A stretch of 63,700 nucleotides of DNA, the filler included, from Licmophora abbreviata (taxonomy: Eukaryota), in the NCBI GenBank assembly GCA_900291995.1. It is 11 parts of 11 records of this genome, joined end to end, with 100 filler letters (N's around TTAATTAATTAA, not from the genome) between each part and the next. Parts side by side here need not be neighbours in the genome. Positions count along the whole stretch, not along the records: positions 51,405 to 56,803 come from OLMU01003028.1; positions 56,904 to 60,452 come from OLMU01003029.1; positions 60,553 to 62,145 come from OLMU01003030.1; positions 62,246 to 63,700 come from OLMU01003089.1; 7 more parts are not named here. One strand, 5' to 3'. Within the stretch, counting starts at the first letter, position 1, and every line of letters begins with the position of its first letter. Positions 55,560-63,700 of the stretch are shown here, piece by piece. The notes below the pieces were generated by a model that was given only the letters and a program-made list of their open reading frames with translations, searched no databases and was not told the origin of the DNA. Both the position numbers and the translations under genes were made by a program.

Positions 55560-56145
55560 CTTTACTGATCAAAACGTAGTTTCTTATCTATCGTTTCTTC
55601 GCAAACAAAGCGTCTTCAACAGTAATACACTCTGCTGTGAGGCATGCCTCAAGGCAAGATGATGCGCCGCTTTTCACTGTGTTATCATCACATCCGTGAT
55701 CGATTGGTCTCGAGCCATCCCTCCGTCCATCAGATGGCTCTGATTGGCTGCCGTACAACTTCGTATGTCATCCACATGCGAAGACGCAGGTACATCGCGT
55801 CGGTAGGCGAAAGACCTTTGTTGATTCACGACCATTCATTCGCAGAATGTTGAGGCAGATGCTTGTCCACGTCACAAAATAAACCGGATGTGACGTTGCA
55901 CATTGAAGTTATGAGCTTTTCCAGTCGTGCATCATGCTGTCTGTGTGAGCTGGTGATGGGCGAACACACAACATCCAAAGAAATGGCCTTTTGTCACAGC
56001 CTGTTGTCTGCGTGTCTGGAAACTTGAGACGAACGACGATCAAGAGGTGGTGGTGGCACCTACTGGTACGATGAAGCAGCAGCCGTATGTGTCGCTTGCG
56101 TCCATTTGAATAGACCTGAACTATTCTATAAGATCCAGGTCTCCC

Positions 56146-56415
56146 ATGTTGAGAAGATCTGCTGCATTATTGGCAAAGCAAGGGCGGACCATTGTGAGGG
56201 ATCCGAGAAAACGGAGCTTGCCCGCTGTACGCTCAGATTCGCTACCGGAGCCATCACGGCCGCCCGAAGTGTCGCCACACAGGCATCAACTTCCGATAGA
56301 GCCGAGTCCTGTAAATCAGCAAGCTGTAGGATCGTCTCTTGGATCCTATGTGTTGATGGGTGCGGGTGTTGCATTGGGATTCACTATCGTGGGCGCTATT
56401 TTCGGTGGAATCTAG
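56146..56415 (+). CDS. Small protein with mitochondrial-type presequence and C-terminal Gly-rich TM helix
   Basis: MLRRSAALLAKQGR... followed by GSSLGSYVLMGAGVALGFTIVGAIFGGI. Confidence 0.6.
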   Translation: MLRRSAALLAKQGRTIVRDPRKRSLPAVRSDSLPEPSRPPEVSPHRHQLPIEPSPVNQQAVGSSLGSYVLMGAGVALGFTIVGAIFGGI

Positions 56416-56663
56416 CAGAGACGTGGATCATCAAACCATGCACATCCACCCCCAACAATCCAGCTCAACCATAACGATCGTTTCTAAAACTACGTTTAAA
56501 TTGCAGTAAAGCGTCCCTTGTTGGATTTTTGAAAGTGGATGCGATTCGACCTCGTCACCACGCGTTGGGCCGCCAATAGTCCATGCAGATACAATGAACA
56601 TGGCTCTTAACGTCCAGCTTTGATGCCCTGCTTTCTATCCTCCCGCATTGTCTTGGACGCTCT

Positions 56664-58423
56664 CTATCGATCGCCAAAGCGGGAAAATGCACGCGTGTGT
56701 TCTTCCCTGTTGCTTATGAAGAGTTCGATGTATCTCGATCCCATAGTGCTTCGGTGAAGCGACATGGCCGCCTTTGCGTCGTCAGGTGTTTCGAACTGGA
56801 TGTNNNNNNNNNNNNNNNNNNNNNNNNNNNNNNNNNNNNNNNNNNNNTTAATTAATTAANNNNNNNNNNNNNNNNNNNNNNNNNNNNNNNNNNNNNNNNN
56901 NNNCCGTCGCTCCTGAAGGTGAGCACGACGCTCTCAGCTACCACATTGTAGCCTTCAAAGAACTCGACAATCTCGGTCTTGGAAGCACTGAAGGGTAAGC
57001 CCCGCATGCGAAGGAAACCGGTGTGTTCCCCAACTTGAATGCCACCTCCTGTTCGTCGTACAGTGGCGAGACTCGGTCCTCCAGGTGGAAGAGCCATCAT
57101 CGAGCCGCGCCCCCCGCCTCGCCCCGCCTGCGGTATCCCGTATCCCCTGCCACCTCGGTAGTTGCGTCCCCCTGGAAGTGCTGCGAGAGTATGCGAGGCG
57201 AGCTACTCCATGACGGGGGTCCAGGGTGTCCATCGTCGTCGTCGTCAACTCCCAGCGCGGACAGTTGTTGCTCTTGCTGCTCAATCGCCCATTGTTGCTT
57301 TGAAAAGATACGATTCAACAGTAAACGAAAGAATTAGAAGACAAGTCAAAGCGTACATGCCGATTTTTCCATGTTGACTGTACTCACCGCAGCAATCGCA
57401 GCATAGTAGGCGGCCCGCTTCCCTGGCGCCACTTCGATGTACTGGCCGCGAATAGCTTGACGATCACTGTGCACGAGAGTTGCAGTACAGAGTTTACGTA
57501 AGATATGAAAAAGTAGAATGCCCATCAGCATATCTCTGATATCAGGTGCTGCGTTAGGTCCAGGCGTCCAGTCACACAACTTACGAGTACCGTTGCATCG
57601 CCATCTGATAGTCCATGTTGTTTCCCAAGACAACAAAGGCGTCCCCAGAACCCTTAAGGACAACGTCCAGCACTCCCAAGCCCTGAAAAAAGACGAGCAC
57701 GTCCTCAAGCGTGGTGTCAAACGGCAGACCACGGAGACAGACGCATGGGAAGGGGCCCAGAACACTCTCGAGAGGGTCAACAGTCCCTCCTAGTCCCGGA
57801 GGTAAAGGAATCCCGTCCATTGCACCAGGGTGCAGAGGGACGTACCTGAAACGCAAACAAAGGAGATATTATGTCGTTAGTAAGCGAGGAGAGGCCACAC
57901 CGAACAACAGCGGTGCAGTCACGACGAGTATGCCACGCTGAGAGACGACCGTGTTGGCCATCTTCGCTCGCCGCCTGCCACTCCTTCAAGTCGCGTTTTC
58001 CACGGCGATTACTTCTCAGGAGGAGGATGCCAGTCTGAGAATGGTAAGGAAACTGCGTGCATTTCTACAGGGAAAACGGATCTTCAAGACACTCCGAGTC
58101 ATTGAGATGCCTATTTCAACGGAAAAGGACGATCTGCATTATATACAGAGATCAAGCTCGAGCGCGCGGCAAGACAAAGAAAAGGCTGTCTGTGCGTGAT
58201 CCGGTGTGGCTTGCGTCGTTCTCGTCGCAAGGCGATCTTGAGGTGCGCGAGGAGTGCTTGCTTACCCAGGCATTTGATGTGGCATCATCGCTCCCCGATG
58301 ATGAGCCATCCATTGGGGATCTACATGATATCCATATACAGCAGGCGAATAATATTGCTGGGGTGGAGCCTCCCACTCCCGAGGGGGAGGGCGGGGAGGG
58401 TCGTCTTCATTTTCAGCCACCAT
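56664..58423 (-). CDS. hnRNP F/H / ESRP-like quasi-RRM RNA-binding protein; 4 or more exons, spans a gap, 1-bp frameshift near 57170
   Basis: qRRM motifs VCLRGLPF, GQYIEV, LRMRGLPFSA, GSRYIELF. Introns 57846-58265, 57467-57590 and 57298-57387. The start is provisional. Confidence 0.85.
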
Positions 58424-58904
58424 GGTATCTCCGGAGCGCAGGGGGAGGTGGCTGGCTCTCACTGGTGCCTATAGCTCTGAAGAAAGAATAGAGTAGCCTG
58501 CCCTATCCGTATATTTCTACGAGAATTTGTACCAGAAAGTGAAGCAGTATTCGGAACTGGCATACGGAAAGCAACGTAGAAAACATCGTATGTGGACTTG
58601 TTAAGTCTCTTTGGTAGGAAAGCAAGCCATAAACGCCGACCTCACAATTTTCGCGGCTTGGAGCACCTTCGAACCTTGGCATCCTCGATACTGCAGGCGA
58701 CCCCATCGGCTAGACGTGTCCAATCATTACGTATGTATCGTATCCTGTATTACTTGTAGCAGGTACGAAGTATATAATAATACGAGATGCGATTCAGCTA
58801 TTGTAACACAAATGAAATTAGACCTTGTCGACTGTGCCTTCGGAATATTTTCAGATATGATGTTGCATATGTCTATTGACATCGTCTCAAAGTAAAAATG
58901 GAAA

Positions 58905-61900
58905 CTAGACAATCTCAGTCAGTGTCATGACCTTTCCCGCTTTGGCTGCTTCCTCAAATGCTGCCTTTGAACTAACGACCGCGGTAGATGGCTTCTTCAT
59001 CTTCTTCAACCGACGGGCAAACTCCCTAAAGTCCTCCGCCGTCGTGTTCAGTACCTCATCTCGGTTCTTCTGTCGGAACTCGGCACTCTCGCCGACAAGC
59101 CACTGCGTGAAAGCTTTGTTCCCTTTTTGATCCGGCTGGAGAGCGCCGTCCATATCTCCCACGGCCCCGATGATGGAAGTAGCTAGAGCATCAGGGTCTT
59201 TCTCCAACTCGTCCGCGGTCGACAGCAACGCGTCCGCACAAGCGTCGTACACGTCGATCGTCTTCGCAAGGTTGGGGTCACGATAACTAAGAAAAGAGAA
59301 GAACCCCGATTCTTCGTCGAACGCACACATGCCACCGTAAGCACCGCCGATGACTCTGACGTTGTCCCAGAGATATCCGGTGCGCAAATGTCTGGCGACA
59401 ACAGCGGCAGATCCGGGCACATGTTCGCCTTCTTCAAAGATCGTCCCACCTTTGCCCACGTAGCTGACCTGGGTGGGAACGACGAAGCCTTCATCCTGCA
59501 TCGGAACAGCGTCTGACATTTCCATCTTGGCTTGTGTTACCCATGGATGTTCTTCTTTGTAGAAGTTCGGCAACTTCGTCCCGCCAGTGTCCCCAGGGAG
59601 CTCCTCCAGAAATTTCTCAAGACTCGGTTGGATTTCTTGAAGGACCTTCTTGTCACCGGTGATATCAACCACCATTCCAGCACGGCAGGATTTTTTGTCC
59701 AGAATAGTGTTCCGGATGTTCTCGAGACGAGATAAGAGGGCCGGCCAGTCTTCCTCGGCCTGTTTCAGTAGTTGCTTGATTGTCTCGAGGTAGGAGATCC
59801 CTCCCATCTTCTCGTCGATGTAGCCGGCTACACTGTAGCGAGCGCGCATTCGAGTGTTCGTGAAGGAATGACCACTTTGTTGTATGCCGCTTTCGAGGCG
59901 CGAACGAGATTCCTTGAGGATTTCAATGACCTTGCTTTGCGAGTCCAGGCGCGCTTCGGTAAGCATAAATTCATTATTGACAACAATTCGTTGGTATTGG
60001 CGCTCGTGGATTTGCCTTTCATGACAAGCTTGGAAATCATGCGAGTCCCGTCGTGGACGACGCCTTCCTCGGAGCCTTCCGGTGTCACGGTAGTCGTAAC
60101 GAGGCTAATGCCGATCCCTCCTGTGTGTGTGCCGATACGGCGTGAGATGGCAACATCGTCGTACTCGCCAGCCCCAGCCTCTTTCATCAAGCGCGAGAAC
60201 AGTGCAAGGAGGGGCGCGTCATCGAGAGGCACGCCAGAAAGATCGACTCCGTAGTTGACGTATGCGATTCCGGATGTCGACCCGAGCTCATGCCTGATGA
60301 CGGTCACACCACTATCCTTCTCGTTTTCGGAGACCGCGATAGGATATTCAGTTACCTCGCGCTTAAGATCTTGAAGCTCGAGGCTTGGAATAGTAGCCTT
60401 GGCCTCTTGTGAATCGTCCGCAGCTTGAAGCTTCTTGAGCTCTTCCGTCTTTNNNNNNNNNNNNNNNNNNNNNNNNNNNNNNNNNNNNNNNNNNNNTTAA
60501 TTAATTAANNNNNNNNNNNNNNNNNNNNNNNNNNNNNNNNNNNNNNNNNNNNTCTACCCCCTTGAGCCCGACAGAAAATGTAGCTTGCAGTAGCTCGTCA
60601 GACAGGCCACCTCCAGTGATTGCCTCACCCAGACCGCTTTGCATCAGCGTCTTCCGTAAAACAGAGGACGCTGTTCCCATTAACAAGTGATCAAGAACGT
60701 TGAGAGTCAACTCTTCAGTATCTGAAAATGGCTTGTCGTTCAGCAGCCAGTTAACCATGAGCATATGAGTTTCAGGCTGGTCCTTGCCCGCTGGGTACGG
60801 ATTCCTCGAGTGCTGTGGCTCAGCGAACGTCTTCTTCTGCCACTCGATCGCACTCGCTGGCTTGCTTTCTGGAGAATCGCCAAATTCGTTCAAATAATCG
60901 TCCATGATCTCTAAGCGCTTATAGACGTCGTCGTCGCCAGAGAAGTAGATCCGAGAATTAGCAGGGTGGTAAAACTTTCGATGAAAGTCAGCAAACTGCT
61001 CGAACGACAGATCCGGGATCACGGTCGGGTCCCCGCCACTGTCGACCGAATATGTGTTGTCTGGAAAGAGCGAACGCTGCGCCTCCCGATTCAACAGTGA
61101 ATCTGCGCTCGAGTATACGCCCTTCATTTCGTTGAACACGACACCTGTTGCAACCGAGAAAGGAAATGACGACGAGACGCGTGAGTAATCGTGAGCTTAA
61201 ATGCCGCTGAGAATACATGAAAGTCGCATTGGTACTTGCCCTTGTAGATCAACGGGTCATCCTTGCTCTCGAGCTCCAAATGCCAACCCTCTTGTGCGTG
61301 TACCATCGGGTCGCTGACAGCGCGAGGGAAGTAGACTGCATCAGCATACACATTGATCAGGTTGTAGAAGTCTTTCGTGTTCTGACTCGCGACCACGTAG
61401 CACGTTCGGTCTGGGTATGTAAACGCATTGAGGAAGGTTTGAAGGCTTCCCTGCAGTAGCTGGACGAACGGATCCTTGGTTGTGTATTTGCGGCTGCCGC
61501 AAAGAACCGAGTGCTCAAGAATATGCGGCACGCCAGTGGAGTCCTCTGGGGGCGTTCGGAAAGTAATGCCAAACACCTTGTTATCATCGTCCACCGAGAC
61601 CGATAGTAGCTCGGCCCCACTCTTCTTGTGGCGATACAAGGTGCAGTACGCGCCGTACTCAGATACGATATCTTTTTCGACCACCTCGTAAGCTGGGTGC
61701 GTCACTCCCAGTGACTTCTCAAGATCACTTGCGACGAGCGTACTCTGCAGTGCAGTAATGCCCGCAACCGAAGACGAGGAGCGAAACTGTGGTGTCGACG
61801 AAAGAAAGGCGCGACGAGGAGCTCCTGCTGAGAACGACGATTGAGAGGCAGAGGAAGCAGCGGACGCAGTTCCAACCCTACTTCCAAACGTGGCAAGCGA

Positions 61901-61990
61901 AAAAGCCGTTACTGTCGACTTGGATCCTCGGCGAAATGTGACTGCTAGACAAGCCAAGAGAGCCATTTTGGCGCCGAGCCTGATGACCAT
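58905..61990 (-). CDS. PREP: Presequence protease (pitrilysin M16C, PreP/Cym1), organelle-targeted; spans a gap; 1-bp frameshift near 59968
   Basis: STGVPHILEHSVLCGSRKY (inverted HxxEH), FLNAFTYPDRTCY, GVVFNEMKG, VRVIGGAYGG, SYRDPN. GC-AG intron at 61145-61239. Confidence 0.93.
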
Positions 61991-62440
61991 CGAGGGATCC
62001 AAAACATAGAAATGGCAGGCGGAAAATGAGTAAACATACCTGAAAAGACAGTCTGTTCCGTATTCGCCACCACTCGAGTCTGCTTGCGAGCGCCAGGGAA
62101 ACCAGGACGGCAAGGATGGGCCTCGAGTAAGTCCTTGCCTGGTTTNNNNNNNNNNNNNNNNNNNNNNNNNNNNNNNNNNNNNNNNNNNNTTAATTAATTA
62201 ANNNNNNNNNNNNNNNNNNNNNNNNNNNNNNNNNNNNNNNNNNNNCAAGTTCAAGGAGATTCCGATAATTTACTTCGACGAGTAGAACAGGTAAAACGAG
62301 TTGATCAATACCTAACTTCAATCACAAAGTATCGTAGCTACAATCGGATGTCGTGACCTGTGGGGAGCAACAGCGACTTCTCTCGACCGAGAGCCAAGCG
62401 CACCCACATACCAGTTTGTTATCACTTCGGTAGAAGCTAT

Positions 62441-63700
62441 CTACACTGGAGAATCGCTTGGGCCATCGTCACTAGCGCCGCTCGACGGCGACGACAACGA
62501 AGTTTCGTCGCCACTCGCAGATTCTTGCAAGTCCTTCGAAGTTGCACAGACTTCTGTCTTGCAGTACGGACAATAACTCTGCCGCTCGGACAGCCAAGGC
62601 AAGATGCACTCTGTATGGAATGCGTGTTGACACGCGGGAAGCATACGCAGTCGTTCACCATCTTCATAATCGTGGATACAAATGGGACACATGGACAGCG
62701 AGCTCGTTCCTGTGCCATACTCGGCCGCGTTGGATTCTGCTTCAGTGACGGGTAAGCAGCGATGACTGTCGTCTGTCAGAGCCTCGGTCGCTATACTTGT
62801 ACTTGTAGGGCCGAGCTCGTCCTTTATCCTGGTTGTTGTTTGGTCACTGACGCTTGGTTCATGGAAAAATGTAGCTCCCGCCGGATAAATTATTTCGGGC
62901 AGTGCCAACACTTCCTCGCGCGTCAAGAGTTTCCGCTTCCCTGGTAGGACAACTTGTACGTCAGCAGCTGCAGTGGTTTCTTCTCCAACTATCCTTGCAC
63001 CAGTTGTACGACCATATACGCACAACAGGGTGACACAACAACCCGTTATCAGACCAAGAGTGGACAGACCGGCAAAAATAAGATTGAAAACCTGTCCTTC
63101 GTCGACATCCGAACTGAGAATCTCTAATCGAAAGTTCCAGTCGTCAGTGGTCCTATTGCCTATGAAGGGACGCGTTCCACTGCGGTCTTTTTCTGCGTGC
63201 AACTGCTTTGAGATGACATTCCAGTACGTCGAATTGACAAAGATGTAGTTCAAGTCTCCGTACGCTGCAACACGAGCGGCACGAGACAGCCCCAAAAAGG
63301 TAGCATCGTTCGGTATCTGAACGCCCGACATCATTTCATCCGCGGGAGAGTCAATTCCTGGAACAATGACGTACTGAAGATCCGATTCCATAGTTTTCTG
63401 AAAGTAGAATGCTGTAGTCGCCTTGTCTTGGATCGAACAGCCATCCGGAGACACCAACGCGGCAACGGAGTATGACTCGTCGCAGTTGGAACAACCACCG
63501 CCTCGTCCGTATTTCCCCTGTGGCTGTGGTCGAATACTCGTCCTGCGTTCAATTTGATCCTGCAGCTGTCGAGGATAAGGTTCAGGACAGAGGTCTAGTT
63601 GATCGACAGGAGGAAGCATCAAGTTCGCATTGCCGGTACGAACTGGAACACTAATTGCCGGAATTTCCTCATCGTTGGGTAGCTTCAGAGTGACCCTGCC
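62441..63700 (-). CDS. Transmembrane RING-H2 E3 ubiquitin ligase (PA-TM-RING-like), 5' end outside the window
   Basis: CPICIHDYEDGERLRMLPACQHAFHTECILPWL..CPYC; single TM LIFAGLSTLGLITGCCVTLLCV; PA-like GCSIQDKA. The frame is open to the window edge. Confidence 0.88.
   Translation of the reverse strand, partial: GRVTLKLPNDEEIPAISVPVRTGNANLMLPPVDQLDLCPEPYPRQLQDQIERRTSIRPQPQGKYGRGGGCSNCDESYSVAALVSPDGCSIQDKATTAFYFQKTMESDLQYVIVPGIDSPADEMMSGVQIPNDATFLGLSRAARVAAYGDLNYIFVNSTYWNVISKQLHAEKDRSGTRPFIGNRTTDDWNFRLEILSSDVDEGQVFNLIFAGLSTLGLITGCCVTLLCVYGRTTGARIVGEETTAAADVQVVLPGKRKLLTREEVLALPEIIYPAGATFFHEPSVSDQTTTRIKDELGPTSTSIATEALTDDSHRCLPVTEAESNAAEYGTGTSSLSMCPICIHDYEDGERLRMLPACQHAFHTECILPWLSERQSYCPYCKTEVCATSKDLQESASGDETSLSSPSSGASDDGPSDSPV

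Noticed and set aside
58500..58900. AT-richer spacer with small ORFs as a possible ncRNA or mobile element
   Set aside because: No tRNA or snoRNA structure, terminal repeats or coding signal seen. It is consistent with the PreP 3' UTR and the upstream region of the qRRM gene.
12330..61990. The many peptidases (USP, three C1A, C69, S33, C78, M16C) as a functional protease cluster
   Set aside because: They belong to unrelated families and compartments and are interleaved with housekeeping genes. Only the cathepsins show evidence of local duplication.
30724..62245. Regularly recurring TTAATTAATTAA between N runs as a biological repeat or CRISPR-like array
   Set aside because: It is an identical 100-bp construct with stops in six frames, so it is a scaffolding linker.

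Overview
Gene-dense eukaryotic nuclear DNA with short GT-AG introns and intergenic spacers of about 50-600 bp. It is most likely from a diatom or related photosynthetic stramenopile: several proteins carry bipartite signal + 'ASAFAP'-type plastid presequences, and a nuclear MinD has a mitochondrial-type presequence. The window is a scaffold with ten artificial 100-bp gap linkers (N44-TTAATTAATTAA-N44), and some genes read through them. About 33 protein-coding loci can be called. They include an ankyrin-repeat protein, a BPNT1-like phosphatase, MinD, a LIN54/tesmin-like CXC protein, NOG2, USP5/UBP14, a SatP/GPR1 transporter, three cathepsin Z paralogues, a SET methyltransferase, a carotenoid oxygenase, a CAF16-like ABC ATPase, peptidase C69, ZPR1, a La-motif + DEDDy exonuclease, a Tfc4-like TPR protein, a CHAT/STAND-like protein, a ZUP1-like C78 peptidase, NEDD1, acetolactate synthase, an hnRNP F/H-like protein, presequence protease and a TM-RING E3 ligase. 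One proline-iminopeptidase pseudogene is also present. No rRNA, tRNA, CRISPR array or transposon was recognised. The most interesting observations are: (i) an acetate channel fused to a domain resembling the C-terminal tail of bacterial CoA-transferases; (ii) a CHAT-like + degenerate STAND NTPase + UVR-like protein; (iii) a La-motif/3'-5' exonuclease fusion with an organelle-like presequence; (iv) a mitochondrial-type MinD; (v) a strand-oriented (GAGTC)n upstream motif, plus E2F/CHR-like sites in front of cell-cycle genes. Several 1-bp frameshifts in short homopolymers are probably consensus errors. All family calls come from motif recognition only; no database search was run.
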